A DNA stretch of 64,000 nucleotides, taken from Escherichia coli (lineage in GTDB: Bacteria > Pseudomonadota > Gammaproteobacteria > Enterobacterales > Enterobacteriaceae). The DNA is taken from the NCBI RefSeq assembly GCF_050920415.1, contig NZ_CP169309.1. One strand, 5' to 3'. The position numbers were made by a program, and so were the translations under genes. Position 1 is the first letter of the stretch, and every line of letters begins with the position of its first letter. Under the pieces are notes generated by a model that saw only the letters and a program-made list of their open reading frames with translations, did no database searches and had not been told where the DNA came from. Of this stretch, positions 23,545 to 35,661 are shown piece by piece.

Positions 23545-24611
23545 ATGCTTCCCTCAATGTCCTGCCATACCACTTCTTCAGCCAAAATACGGTTATTGCC
23601 AATAAGATGCAGCCACATACCGCCTTTAACTTCCGTTGCAATGACTGGATTCAGTTCCATTCCCCTACCATTTTTACAACTGCTTATTCCCAGGACGGTG
23701 GCATCATGATGAAGTTTCATATAATGCATCAATGCGCCATAACGCATCGAGGTAACCCGTTCAGGAATCGGTAAAACAAACCCCGTATCCCCCAGCATTG
23801 GATTCATAATCGATGCCACTGATTGAGATGAACCGGGATCTTGTATTGAACGGGAAAGTTGTTCTGCTGAAATATTTCGCACTATTTCAATACGTTGACA
23901 ATGAACCTCTAATAAACGAGCGTAGCGTTCATCTTCCAGATAAGCGACGATATGGCATCTTTCAGGAATAAAATCCGCCAGGGATAGTGCGGTCGTGAAC
24001 GTCTGCTCATCTGTTTGCGAAAAGATGATGACACTTTGGCAATTTGCCAGTCCCATGCGGGTATGTTCATGCGGATCATTAAAATTACTAATACGAATGA
24101 AATCGACCCAATTATTTCCAGGCATCGGATGTTGAATATCATCCCGCTCACACAAAAGTACCCGGCCAAATGCTCTTCGGGAATCAAACAACAATAATGA
24201 AATCATCTTTTCAGTCTGATGCCCGCGCCATCCAATGACCAGCATATGGTTGCGCAAATTGCTGTAGTCGCCCATTCCCGTCATTCCTTTCGCCAATATG
24301 TCTTGCACTAATGCAATGACTTTTCCCATTAAAGCGCCAAATAAACCAACACTCACAGGAATCTGCCAGAGCGCTGTGAACAGACGTCCCCCAACCGTTT
24401 GGGGTGTGATATCACCAAACCCCAGCGTTGATCCCACAACCGAGCAGTAATAAATAAAATTACTCAGTTGACCTACCAACGCCTCTTCATGCAACGCAGT
24501 TAACACCAGATAACAAAACAGATACTGTCCTGTAAATAATCCAGTCAATGCCGGCCAGGTAAGCCTGGAAAGGTGACGTCGGCAGGTTTTAATGATCCAG
24601 GAGAAGAACAT
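23541..24611 (-). CDS. putative 2-TM potassium-channel-like protein with a C-terminal RCK/TrkA-N-like domain, 356 aa; not in the K-12 gene order as I recall it
   Basis: Uninterrupted 1071-nt ORF between yjfJ and yjfK. Contains TM1 (residues ~21-45), a pore helix and K+-selectivity-filter-like TLGFGD (residues 62-67, nt 24411-24428), TM2 (~74-100), then a Rossmann-like HMLVIGWRGHQ... segment. Start overlaps the yjfJ stop (TAATG) and stop overlaps the yjfK start (ATGA). Appears AT-richer than its neighbours. Confidence 0.75.
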   Translation of the reverse strand: MFFSWIIKTCRRHLSRLTWPALTGLFTGQYLFCYLVLTALHEEALVGQLSNFIYYCSVVGSTLGFGDITPQTVGGRLFTALWQIPVSVGLFGALMGKVIALVQDILAKGMTGMGDYSNLRNHMLVIGWRGHQTEKMISLLLFDSRRAFGRVLLCERDDIQHPMPGNNWVDFIRISNFNDPHEHTRMGLANCQSVIIFSQTDEQTFTTALSLADFIPERCHIVAYLEDERYARLLEVHCQRIEIVRNISAEQLSRSIQDPGSSQSVASIMNPMLGDTGFVLPIPERVTSMRYGALMHYMKLHHDATVLGISSCKNGRGMELNPVIATEVKGGMWLHLIGNNRILAEEVVWQDIEGSI

Positions 24612-25309
24612 TACTCGCCCTGTTGGCGTTGCAGTCTTGCTAATACATCCTGGGCGCTACTTTTGTTGCTACCGCCAATTCCGGCTTCCGCCAGTTTTTC
24701 ATCAAGATCGCGACCATCTGCCACTTTTTCCAGCTGTGCGGCAGCATCCAGGCGAGCTTGACGTTCGGCCTGACGCGTTTGCAGACGCTTTAAGGATTCT
24801 GCCGCTGTCGAAACGCTGGAAGATGCGCCAACAGTAGAGGTCGTTACGGCCTGTTGTGCACGCTGCATGGCTTCAGTAGCTTTAACGACTTCCATTTGTT
24901 GCTCAAATTGAGCGATACGCTGTGCTGTCGCTGTAACCGCTTTTTCCACACCATCGCGAGAGACCTCCAGATTCGACAACACTTGCTCTTCAGCGGTAAT
25001 GAGATTCTCAAGACGGGCGATTTCTTCAGCAACTTCGTTAATCAACGACGGATTAACATTCTTGCTTAACGCTTCCAGCGCGCGAGCTTCCAGACTGGCT
25101 TTACGCTCACGTAAATCTTTCAGTTTATCGTTGCTCAATTTCACTCTTGCCAGTAGATCGACACGTGATTTACCGGCCTTATCCAGTTCTGCTTTGGCAT
25201 CGCGTATATGCTGTTCAAGCATTCTAACGCCCTGTGCTTCTTCAATGGATTCTTCCGCTTGCGAGATCACCGATTTACCCAGCGTAAATAAAGTTTTTAA
25301 AATTCCCAT
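24611..25309 (-). CDS. yjfJ: PspA/IM30-family protein YjfJ
   Basis: 232-aa coiled-coil-rich translation MGILKTLFTLGKSVISQAEESIEEAQGVRMLEQHIRDAKAELD... characteristic of the PspA/Vipp1 family. Confidence 0.93.
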   Translation of the reverse strand: MGILKTLFTLGKSVISQAEESIEEAQGVRMLEQHIRDAKAELDKAGKSRVDLLARVKLSNDKLKDLRERKASLEARALEALSKNVNPSLINEVAEEIARLENLITAEEQVLSNLEVSRDGVEKAVTATAQRIAQFEQQMEVVKATEAMQRAQQAVTTSTVGASSSVSTAAESLKRLQTRQAERQARLDAAAQLEKVADGRDLDEKLAEAGIGGSNKSSAQDVLARLQRQQGE

Positions 25310-25327
25310 AAATACCTGTCCTTGTAA

Positions 25328-25729
25328 TTAGTGTGAATATTCTTCTGTAATTTCAGCAAGATCCAAAGCGTTATCTACCAGCGTGGTTATTTCCAGCAGG
25401 ATATCTTCAAGAGAAGATTTAAGCGATAACGCCCCGAAAACAATGTAATACTCTTCCTCTTGCACGCTGGAGATCCCTACCGATGACAACGGCATCATCT
25501 TCTGATTTCTTAATAAGAAGGTATTAAATTCATCTGGATTGCTGATACTACTTACCGGACAAATAAAGGTTTCGATAATCATTTGGCGGGAAGTAAAAAG
25601 AATATTGATTTGCAAATCGCCATAATCATTCATTTTAATAATTAATGCGTTTTCATTATTTGTTATATCAATATTTTGTTCAGGTACAGTTTGCAGCGCC
25701 GTCGCCAGCGCCAACGGATTCCATGTCAT
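25328..25729 (-). CDS. yjfI: DUF2170-family protein YjfI
   Basis: 133-aa ORF MTWNPLALATALQTVPEQNIDITNNENALIIK...; first gene of the yjfI-yjfC operon, with an AT-rich promoter region upstream (25730-25808). Confidence 0.9.
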   Translation of the reverse strand: MTWNPLALATALQTVPEQNIDITNNENALIIKMNDYGDLQINILFTSRQMIIETFICPVSSISNPDEFNTFLLRNQKMMPLSSVGISSVQEEEYYIVFGALSLKSSLEDILLEITTLVDNALDLAEITEEYSH

Positions 25730-25808
25730 ATATTATTCCATATAAATTAAGTTTAAATATTAATAAAATGAATATTTGTAGTACGTAATTATCTTACCAG
25801 CTATAGAC

Positions 25809-25840
25809 AAAAAAAAACCATCCAAATATGGATGGTTTTT
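25809..25840 (-). terminator. rho-independent terminator downstream of rlmB (bidirectional form)
   Basis: Stem CCATCCA/TGGATGG (25818-25824 and 25829-25835), with a 9-nt A-run on one side (25809-25817) and TTTTT on the other (25836-25840). Confidence 0.8.
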
Positions 25841-25855
25841 CATAATTCAGAGAAA

Positions 25856-26587
25856 TTAGCTACGCTGGCGTACCGCTTCAAATAAGCAAATGCCTGTCGC
25901 CACAGAAACGTTCAGCGAAGAAACACTTCCTGCCATTGGGATGCTGATCAACTCATCGCAATGTTCACGGGTCAGGCGACGCATGCCTTCACCTTCTGCG
26001 CCCATCACCAGTGCCAGCCGTCCGGTCATTTTGCTCTGATAGAGCGTATGATCCGCCTCTCCTGCCGTACCGACGATCCAAATATTCTCTTCCTGCAACA
26101 TACGCATGGTGCGCGCCAGGTTAGTCACCCGAATCAGCGGAACGCTTTCTGCCGCGCCGCAGGCCACTTTTTTCGCCGTGGCGTTGAGCTGTGCGGAGCG
26201 ATCTTTCGGCACAATCACCGCATGAACGCCAGCGGCGTCCGCGCTGCGCAGGCACGCGCCGAGGTTGTGCGGATCGGTCACACCGTCGAGGATCAGCAGG
26301 AACGGTTGATCGAGCGAAGCGATCAGATCCGGCAGATCGTTTTCCTGATACTGACGTCCTGGCTTCACACGGGCGATAATGCCCTGATGCACGGCACCGT
26401 CGCTTTTCTCGTCGAGATATTGGCGGTTTGCCAGCTGGATAACCACGCCCTGGGACTCAAGGGCGTGAATCAGCGGCAACAGACGTTTATCTTCACGGCC
26501 TTTTAAAATAAAGACTTCCTGAAAACGTTCAGGGGCGCGCTCCAGCAGGGCCTGCACTGCGTGGATGCCGTAAATCATTTCACTCAT
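25856..26587 (-). CDS. rlmB: 23S rRNA (guanosine2251-2'-O)-methyltransferase RlmB
   Basis: 243-aa SpoU/TrmH-family translation [44 protein letters not shown]... Confidence 0.95.
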
Positions 26588-26611
26588 TAATGTACTCGTT
26601 GTTTACGTTTT

Positions 26612-26640
26612 GCCTGATGCGCTACGCTTATCAGGCCTAC
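26612..26640. repeat. REP element (first copy of a BIME-like pair)
   Basis: GCCTGATGCGCTACGCTTATCAGGCCTAC, in the rnr-rlmB intergenic region. Confidence 0.7.
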
Positions 26641-26675
26641 ATGATCCCTGCAATGTATTGAATTTGCGTGATTAT

Positions 26676-26710
26676 GTAGGCCGGATAAGGCGTTCACGCC
26701 GCATCCGGCA
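26676..26710. repeat. REP element (second, inverted copy)
   Basis: GTAGGCCGGATAAGGCGTTCACGCCGCATCCGGCA, inverted relative to the first copy. Confidence 0.7.
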
Positions 26711-26767
26711 TGAACAAAGCGCATTTTGTCAGCAATCTGACCCTCTTCTGTTTGAAGGGGGTAATGA

Positions 26768-29209
26768 TCACTCTGCCACTTTTTTCTTCGCCGCACGCTT
26801 CGCTTTAGTTGCAGCGGCTATTTTCTGCGTTTTCGCCGATGGCTTTTTCGCTTTTCTCGCGTCTTTCTTCGCCGCTTTCGGCTTCGGTTTTTTCTCGCCA
26901 CGGAAGGCGCTGTCTGGCTCAAAGTTTACCTTTTTACCGACCTGGCGACGCTTGCCACCTTTTTTACCTGCATCGCCTTTTTTCGCTTTCTCGCGCGCGG
27001 TTTTACCGACGTTGCGCGGTGCGCGTTCGCTGGAGATCAGGCTAAAGTCGATTTTGCGCTCGTCCATATTAACCGCTTCGACGCGCACTTCCACGCGATC
27101 GCCCAGGCGATAAGTCTGGCCGCTGGATTCACCCATCAGGCGTTGTCCTACCTGGTCAAAGCGATAGTAGTCATTGTCCAGAGAAGAGACATGGACCAGA
27201 CCATCGATGAACAAGTCATCCAGGCGAACAAAGAAGCCAAAACCAGTGACGCTGGAAATCACGCCTTTAAAGACGTTACCTACCTGGTCGAGCATGAAGT
27301 CACACTTCAGCCAGTCAGCCACATCGCGCGTTGCTTCGTCGGCACGACGTTCCGCCATCGAACAGTGCTGACCCAGTTGCAGCATTTCTTCCATCGAATA
27401 ATGGTAGCCGCCGGTTTCAGTGGTGTTGCCCTGATGCCCCTGCTCTTTCGCCAGCAGATACTTAATGGCGCGGTGTAGCGTCAGATCAGGATAACGACGA
27501 ATCGGCGAAGTAAAGTGCGCATAGGACTGCAATGCCAGACCGAAGTGACCGCGGTTTTCCGGATCGTAAATCGCTTGTTTCATCGAGCGCAACAGCATGG
27601 TTTGCAGCATTTCTGCGTCAGGACGGTCAGCAACCGATTCCAGCAGTTCCGCGTAGTCACGCGGTTCCGGCTTGTTACCGCCAGGCAATTCCAGCCCCAG
27701 TTCCGCCAGCACTGAACGGAAAGAGGTTATCGCTTCAGTGCTCGGCTTGTCGTGAATACGGAACAGTGCCGGTTCTTTGGCCTTCTCAACGAAACGCGCC
27801 GCCGAGATATTCGCCAGAATCATGCACTCTTCAATTAACTTGTGTGCGTCGTTACGCTGGGTCTGTTCGATACGCTCAATACGGCGTTCAGCGTTGAAAA
27901 TGAACTTCGCTTCTTCGCTCTCAAACGAGATCCCGCCGCGTTCTTCACGGGCTTTATCCAGCACTTTATAGAGGTTATGCAGCTCTTCGAGGTGCTTAAC
28001 CAGCGGGGAGTACTGCTCGCGCAGATCCTGATCGCCCTGCAGAATATGCCAGACTTTGGTGTAGGTCAGACGCGCGTGAGAGCTCATCACCGCTTCATAG
28101 AATTTGTAGCCCGTCAGGCGACCTTTCGACGAAATGGTCATCTCACACACCATACACAGGCGGTCTACCTGCGGGTTGAGCGAGCACAGGCCGTTAGAGA
28201 GCACTTCCGGCAGCATCGGGATAACCTGCGAAGGGAAGTACACCGACGTGCCACGGTTACGCGCTTCCCTGTCCAGCGGCGTTGGCGGACGCACATAGTA
28301 GCTGACGTCGGCAATCGCGACCCATAAACGCCAGCCGCCGCCGCGTTTTTTCTCGCAGTAAACTGCATCGTCAAAGTCACGGGCGTCTTCGCCATCAATG
28401 GTGACCAGCGGTAAATCGCGCAGATCGACACGGCCAGCTTTCGCCTCTTCCGGCACTTCTTCTTTCAGCCCGGCAACCTGTTGCTCAACAGCCTGCGGCC
28501 AGATGTACGGAATTTCATGGGTACGCAGGGCGATATCAACCGCCATGCCGGTGCCCATATTATCGCCCAGCACTTCGACGATTTTACCCACTGCTTTGGT
28601 ACGGCGAGTCGGGCGTTGGGTCAGTTCAACCACCACCACAAAGCCCATCCGCGCGCCCATGATCTGATCGGGCGGGATTAAGATATCGAAGCTCAAACGA
28701 CTGTCGTCAGGAACCACAAAGCCGACACCCGCTTCGGTAAAGTAGCGACCAACAATCTGGCTGGTTTTTGGCACCAGTACGCGGACAATACGCGCTTCAC
28801 GGCGGCCTTTACGGTCAGCGCCCAGCGGCTGCGCCAGCACCTGATCGCCATGAATGCATGTTTTCATCTGCTCGCTGGAGAGATACAAATCATCTTTACG
28901 TCCTTCAACCCGCAGAAAGCCGTAGCCATCACGGTGGCCAATAACGGTACCTTTCACCAGGTCGAGGCGTTCCGGCAGCGCATAGCACTGACGGCGAGTA
29001 AAGACCAGTTGACCATCGCGCTCCATCGCGCGCAGGCGGCGACGCAGGCCTTCAAGCTGCTCTTCGCCTTCAATGTGCAGTTCTACCGCCAGCTCATCAC
29101 GGCTGGCCGGTTTTTCACGTTTGGTTAAATGTTCGAGGATAAATTCCCGACTAGGGATGGGATTCGCGTATTTTTCAGCTTCGCGTTCCTGGAAAGGATC
29201 TTGTGACAT
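26768..29209 (-). CDS. rnr: ribonuclease R
   Basis: 813-aa product starting [23 protein letters not shown]... at the ATG at 29209 (GGAGG RBS), with a Lys-rich basic C-terminal tail. The ORF-track start at 29251 would overlap nsrR and is rejected. Confidence 0.95.
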   Translation of the reverse strand: MSQDPFQEREAEKYANPIPSREFILEHLTKREKPASRDELAVELHIEGEEQLEGLRRRLRAMERDGQLVFTRRQCYALPERLDLVKGTVIGHRDGYGFLRVEGRKDDLYLSSEQMKTCIHGDQVLAQPLGADRKGRREARIVRVLVPKTSQIVGRYFTEAGVGFVVPDDSRLSFDILIPPDQIMGARMGFVVVVELTQRPTRRTKAVGKIVEVLGDNMGTGMAVDIALRTHEIPYIWPQAVEQQVAGLKEEVPEEAKAGRVDLRDLPLVTIDGEDARDFDDAVYCEKKRGGGWRLWVAIADVSYYVRPPTPLDREARNRGTSVYFPSQVIPMLPEVLSNGLCSLNPQVDRLCMVCEMTISSKGRLTGYKFYEAVMSSHARLTYTKVWHILQGDQDLREQYSPLVKHLEELHNLYKVLDKAREERGGISFESEEAKFIFNAERRIERIEQTQRNDAHKLIEECMILANISAARFVEKAKEPALFRIHDKPSTEAITSFRSVLAELGLELPGGNKPEPRDYAELLESVADRPDAEMLQTMLLRSMKQAIYDPENRGHFGLALQSYAHFTSPIRRYPDLTLHRAIKYLLAKEQGHQGNTTETGGYHYSMEEMLQLGQHCSMAERRADEATRDVADWLKCDFMLDQVGNVFKGVISSVTGFGFFVRLDDLFIDGLVHVSSLDNDYYRFDQVGQRLMGESSGQTYRLGDRVEVRVEAVNMDERKIDFSLISSERAPRNVGKTAREKAKKGDAGKKGGKRRQVGKKVNFEPDSAFRGEKKPKPKAAKKDARKAKKPSAKTQKIAAATKAKRAAKKKVAE

Positions 29210-29247
29210 CTCGGTTCCTCCGTTGTCATCTCTGATGAAGATTTTCG

Positions 29248-29673
29248 TCACTCCACCAGCAATAATTTATAAAGCGGTTGATTCTCTTCAACCAAATCGG
29301 CAAGCGTGTAGTTATCCAGTTCCGTAAGAAAACTTTGCACGGCCTTAGAAAGTGCCTGTTTCAACCGACAGGCAGGTGTAATGTGGCAAAACTCACTGCT
29401 GCAATTCACCAGCGATAAGGGCTCCAGCTCGCGCACCACATCACCAATACGTATCGCACTCGCCGGTTTACCCAGACGAATGCCGCCATTTTTTCCACGA
29501 ACAGCAGTCACGTAGCCGGCACGACTAAGTTGATTGATTATTTTGACCATATGATTACGGGAGACGCCGTAGACGTCAGTCACTTCAGAAATACTGGTCA
29601 TCCGCCCTTCTGGCAATGACGCCATGTAGATCAGCGCACGTAATCCGTAATCAGTGAAACTCGTTAACTGCAC
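29248..29673 (-). CDS. nsrR: nitric-oxide-sensing Rrf2-family repressor NsrR
   Basis: 141-aa translation [60 protein letters not shown]... Confidence 0.95.
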
Positions 29674-29877
29674 ATCAACCTCAAAAGGGAAAGCGGGAAA
29701 AAATACATTTATATTGATGATAAACCAGCCACAAGCTGTGTCGCTAATTTATTTCAGTTCGGGGAAGGAAAAAAGCGAGGATTTAACACTGTGTCGGATA
29801 GCATAATGGCTAACCCGACACAGCAATGTATCACACTGTTAGCCCGGCAGGCAAAATATCTGCCAGGCGTACCAGAA

Positions 29878-31179
<1,302 letters not shown>

Positions 31180-31279
31180 TCAAAATCACCGTTTGCTTAA
31201 AAATGGATTCTACCATCGCTTTTTCAGAGTTACAGCACTTTTTGCACTCAAAAATGACCTCGATCAGTCTGTTTTTTGT

Positions 31280-31477
31280 TCAGCCAATCGTTTTCCTCAA
31301 CATGTAGTAGACCACAACGCCCGCAACCACAAGTCCACCGCCAAAACGACGTAAAATATTATCGGGCAAATTGGTCATCGCAGCGATCATCTTCTTCCAT
31401 GCCTTCGGGTAAAGCATCGGCCCTAAACCTTCCAGCACCAAAACCAGGGCAAGCGCCAGCCAGATTGTCGAATTCAT
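31280..31477 (-). CDS. yjeT: DUF2065-family small membrane protein YjeT
   Basis: 65-aa hydrophobic ORF MNSTIWLALALVLVLEGLGPMLYPKAWKKMIAAM... Confidence 0.88.
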   Translation of the reverse strand: MNSTIWLALALVLVLEGLGPMLYPKAWKKMIAAMTNLPDNILRRFGGGLVVAGVVVYYMLRKTIG

Positions 31478-31558
31478 TCATTATCCTTATAGAAAAAGAA
31501 AACCACCGACATCCCTGAGGATGCGGTGGCTTTATTGACCTGTACCGCAGTCGTTATA

Positions 31559-32563
31559 TTAACGCGTTGCGGAAGTCGGCGTCTTCATGTAGCGGAAGAA
31601 ATCGCTGTCCGGGCTCATGACCATCACGTCCTGATTGCCGGAGAAGCTGTTCTCATAAGCACGCAGGCTACGGATGAATGCGTAGAAGTCCGGATCTTTA
31701 CTGAATGCATCAGCAAACAGTTTAGCTGCTTCTGCATCGCCTTCACCACGCATGATGCGGCCCTGACGCTCAGCTTCTGCCAACGTTCTGGTCACTTCAT
31801 AGTCGGCAGTCGCGCGCAGTTTTTCCGCTTCTTCCTGACCTTGTGAACGGTGACGACGTGCTACCGCTTCACGCTCGGCGCGCATACGGTTGTAGATCGC
31901 TTCAGACACCTCGGTCGGCAGGTTGATCTGCTTGATACGCACATCGACAACTTCAATACCCAGCGCCGCCATACTGTTCGGGTTGATGACCGGTACTTTA
32001 CCCTTCGTCTCAGCCGTTACGCGCTCTGCCGCTTCGGCAATGGCGTTATCTGCCGCCGGGGTAGTAACTTCATCTTCTGTACCCGCAGAACCGGAGTTCA
32101 GCGCGTCACGTACTTCCAGGGTCAGACGACCACGAGAATCGGTGACGATGTCTTTCACATCCAGACGACCAATTTCAGAACGCAGACGGTCAGAGAACTT
32201 ACGTTTCAACAGCACTTCCGCTTGCGAAATGTCGCCACCGCCCGTTGCCAGGTAGTAACGGCTAAAATCACTGATGCGCCATTTGATGTAAGAGTCGACG
32301 ATCAGGTCTTTCTTCTCTTTAGTCACAAAGCGGTCGGCCTGGTTGTCCATGGTCTGAATACGTGCATCAAGCATTTTCACCGTTTCAATGAACGGTATCT
32401 TGAAATGCAGACCCGGCTCATAAACCAGAGGTTTGTTGTCATCGTCACGCAGTACCTTACCAAAACGCAGCGTAATACCGCGCTCACCTTCTTTGACGAC
32501 AAAGACAGACATGTAAAGCACTACCAGCACGATGATGATAATCGCGATAACTGACTTACGCAT
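31559..32563 (-). CDS. hflC: FtsH protease modulator HflC
   Basis: 334-aa SPFH-domain protein MRKSVIAIIIIVLVVLYMSVFVVKEGERGITLRFGKVLRDD... Confidence 0.96.
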   Translation of the reverse strand: MRKSVIAIIIIVLVVLYMSVFVVKEGERGITLRFGKVLRDDDNKPLVYEPGLHFKIPFIETVKMLDARIQTMDNQADRFVTKEKKDLIVDSYIKWRISDFSRYYLATGGGDISQAEVLLKRKFSDRLRSEIGRLDVKDIVTDSRGRLTLEVRDALNSGSAGTEDEVTTPAADNAIAEAAERVTAETKGKVPVINPNSMAALGIEVVDVRIKQINLPTEVSEAIYNRMRAEREAVARRHRSQGQEEAEKLRATADYEVTRTLAEAERQGRIMRGEGDAEAAKLFADAFSKDPDFYAFIRSLRAYENSFSGNQDVMVMSPDSDFFRYMKTPTSATR

Positions 32564-32565
32564 CG

Positions 32566-33825
32566 TTATTCCCCCTGACGCTGGTAGTCGTTACGCTGCG
32601 CGTTAGCGCGGCGTTGGTCCATAATATCGCCCTGACTGGTGGACGACGTGTTGCTTGCACCACTGGTTGTGGAGGAAGAGGCTGGCGGCAGACGCAGCAG
32701 ATTGCTGGCACCGTTATCGCTCTTCGCCGCAGGGGCATTGCCACCTTTCAGCATCTGGTCTAACGGCAGAACCATCAGGTTGCCACCTTTATCGTTAACC
32801 AGCACTTTGCGGGTGTTGCCCAACACTTTTTCCATCGTCTCGATATACAGACGCTCGCGGGTAATTTCCGGCGCAGCTTTATATTCCGGCAGAAGTTTAG
32901 CAAAGCGTGCCACTTCACCCTGGGCTTCCAGGATAGTCTGAGCCTTGTACGCACGCGCCTCTTCGAGGATACGTTGCGCCTGACCGTTCGCACGCGGCTG
33001 AACTTCGTTGGTATACGCTTCTGCTTCACGAATGTATTGCTGTTCGTTTTCACGCGCGGCAATCGCATCGTCAAACGCCGCTTTTACTTCTTCCGGCGGA
33101 CGAGCTGCCTGGAAGTTGACGTCCAGCAGAGTGATACCCATGTCATACGGACGAATCGTCTCTTCCAGTTCGCGCTGAGTATCGCTACGAATCACGGTAC
33201 GACCTTCCGTCAGAATGCGGTCCATGGTGTATTTACCGATAACCCCACGCAGGGCGCTGTCGGTAGCCTGACGCAGGCTGTCATCCGGACTGGTCACGCT
33301 ATACAGATATTTTTCCGGATTGGTGACGCGGTACTGTACGTTCATCTCAACGCGCACCACGTTTTCGTCCGACGTCAGCATCACACCGGAAGCAGCCAGT
33401 TCACGCACGGCTTCCACGTTCACCGGTTTGACTTCGTCGATAAACGTCGGTTTCCAGTTCAGACCCGGCTCAACCAGATGGCTGAATTTACCAAAGCGTG
33501 TTACCACGCCGCGTTCGGCTTCTTTAATGGTGTAGAAACCACTGGCCGCCCAAATAATGACAATCGCTGCCGCTGCGATGGTAACGACACGACCGCCAAG
33601 CTGCGGGCGCGGGCCTTGCGATGAATTACCACCGCCAGATCCGGTGCCTTTACCGCCGCCCAGACCACCGAGCTTTTTGCTCAGTTTGCGGAAGATATCA
33701 TCTAAATCAGGTGGCCCTTGATCGCGACCGCCTTTGTTTCCATTTCCCTCAGAGTTGCCGCCAGGTTTGCTGCTTCCCCACGGGTCGCGGTCTTGTCCGT
33801 TATTACCGGGCTGATTCCACGCCAT
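32566..33825 (-). CDS. hflK: FtsH protease modulator HflK
   Basis: 419-aa SPFH-domain protein with a Gly-rich N-terminus; 2-nt gap to hflC. Confidence 0.96.
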   Translation of the reverse strand: MAWNQPGNNGQDRDPWGSSKPGGNSEGNGNKGGRDQGPPDLDDIFRKLSKKLGGLGGGKGTGSGGGNSSQGPRPQLGGRVVTIAAAAIVIIWAASGFYTIKEAERGVVTRFGKFSHLVEPGLNWKPTFIDEVKPVNVEAVRELAASGVMLTSDENVVRVEMNVQYRVTNPEKYLYSVTSPDDSLRQATDSALRGVIGKYTMDRILTEGRTVIRSDTQRELEETIRPYDMGITLLDVNFQAARPPEEVKAAFDDAIAARENEQQYIREAEAYTNEVQPRANGQAQRILEEARAYKAQTILEAQGEVARFAKLLPEYKAAPEITRERLYIETMEKVLGNTRKVLVNDKGGNLMVLPLDQMLKGGNAPAAKSDNGASNLLRLPPASSSTTSGASNTSSTSQGDIMDQRRANAQRNDYQRQGE

Positions 33826-33910
33826 GTTTGTGCTCCATATTTGTTATGCGGTGATCCCTGTTGTCTTTCGACGCCAGAGGATATGACTCCACGCTTCAGA
33901 CGCTACGCCG

Positions 33911-35191
33911 TTAGATCAAGTAATCGATCAACGCCGGTTCTTGTTTGCAGAGGCGACGCCAGTCAACGATCGGCATACGAACTTGCAGACTTACGCTGCC
34001 GTCCTCCTCCATCCACTCTTTTTCTATTGCCTGAAGCTGATAAAAACGACTTCTCAGACGCCCTTCCTGCGGCGGCAGACGCAATGTATGCTGCGCCACC
34101 TCGCCGGAAAGACGCTCCGTCAAAGCCTGAAAAAGCTGTGGTATCCCCGCTCCGGTCTGCGCAGAAAGCCAGACACGGATCGGTTTGTTCTCTTCGTCCC
34201 GATCAATACGCGGTTCAAAATCTTCCAGCATATCGATCTTGTTCATCACCAGCAGGGTTGGGATCTCGTGAGCATCGATCTCTTCAAGAACCGTATTCAC
34301 CGCTTCGATGTTTTCTTGTACTCGCACATCTGCCGCGTCAATGACGTGCAGCAGCAATGTGGCTTGCCGCGTCTCTTGTAACGTGGCTTTAAATGCCGCC
34401 ACCAGATCGTGCGGCAGGTGGCGAATAAACCCTACGGTATCTGCCAGCACGGTTTCACCGACATCCGCGACGTCAATACGCCGCAACGTCGGGTCGAGGG
34501 TGGCAAACAACTGGTCTGCCGCATAGACCCGCGCTTCGGTGATGCGATTGAAAAGGGTAGATTTACCGGCGTTGGTATATCCCACCAGCGAAACAGTAGG
34601 AACGTCGGCTTTGATACGCGATTGCCGCCCCTGCTCACGCTGTTTTTCAACTCTTTCCAGGCGCGACTGTATCTGCACGATGCGATTACGCAACAAACGA
34701 CGGTCGGTTTCGAGCTGGGTTTCACCCGGACCACGCAAACCGATCCCGCCTTTCTGTCTTTCAAGGTGGGTCCAGCCACGCACCAGGCGCGTAGCCAGAT
34801 GGCGCAACTGCGCCAGCTCAACCTGCAACTTACCCTCATGGGTACGCGCACGTTGGGCGAAAATATCTAAAATAAGGCCGGTGCGGTCGATAACACGACA
34901 CTCGCACAAACGCTCCAGGTTACGCTCTTGCGCCGGGCTCAGGGCATGGTCAAAAAGAACGACCGAAGCACCCGTCGCTTTGACAGCTTCCGCAATTTCA
35001 ACTGCTTTACCTTCACCTACAAAATACTTTGGGTGCGGCGCTTTACGGCTACCGGTAATCACCTGCAATGCTTCGACACCGGCGGAAGAGACCAGAGATT
35101 CAAACTCCTGGAGGTCTTCCATATCTTTGTCTTGCGTAAAATAGATGTGTACCAGTACCGCCTGCTCACCAGCATCATAACGGTCAAACAA
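33911..35191 (-). CDS. hflX: ribosome-associated GTPase HflX
   Basis: 426-aa translation with G-domain motifs ([21 protein letters not shown]). Confidence 0.96.
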   Translation of the reverse strand: MFDRYDAGEQAVLVHIYFTQDKDMEDLQEFESLVSSAGVEALQVITGSRKAPHPKYFVGEGKAVEIAEAVKATGASVVLFDHALSPAQERNLERLCECRVIDRTGLILDIFAQRARTHEGKLQVELAQLRHLATRLVRGWTHLERQKGGIGLRGPGETQLETDRRLLRNRIVQIQSRLERVEKQREQGRQSRIKADVPTVSLVGYTNAGKSTLFNRITEARVYAADQLFATLDPTLRRIDVADVGETVLADTVGFIRHLPHDLVAAFKATLQETRQATLLLHVIDAADVRVQENIEAVNTVLEEIDAHEIPTLLVMNKIDMLEDFEPRIDRDEENKPIRVWLSAQTGAGIPQLFQALTERLSGEVAQHTLRLPPQEGRLRSRFYQLQAIEKEWMEEDGSVSLQVRMPIVDWRRLCKQEPALIDYLI

Positions 35192-35267
35192 GCGTATAAC
35201 CCTCTAAATAGATCAGCGGGGAACGCAGGATCGCTGGCTCCCCGTGTAAAAAAAACAGCATGAAACC

Positions 35268-35588
<321 letters not shown>

Positions 35589-35661
35589 TTATATGCTTAT
35601 TTGTACTTTGAACCTTTCGATTCTGAAAAAATTGCGCACGATACGTCTCAATTGTACACAT

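Noticed and set aside
31182-31198. PurR-box-like sequence (AAGCAAACGGTGATTT) immediately upstream of the purA start codon
   Set aside because: Only about 11 of 16 positions match the PurR consensus and the position, abutting the start codon, is unusual; too weak to call without a matrix scan.
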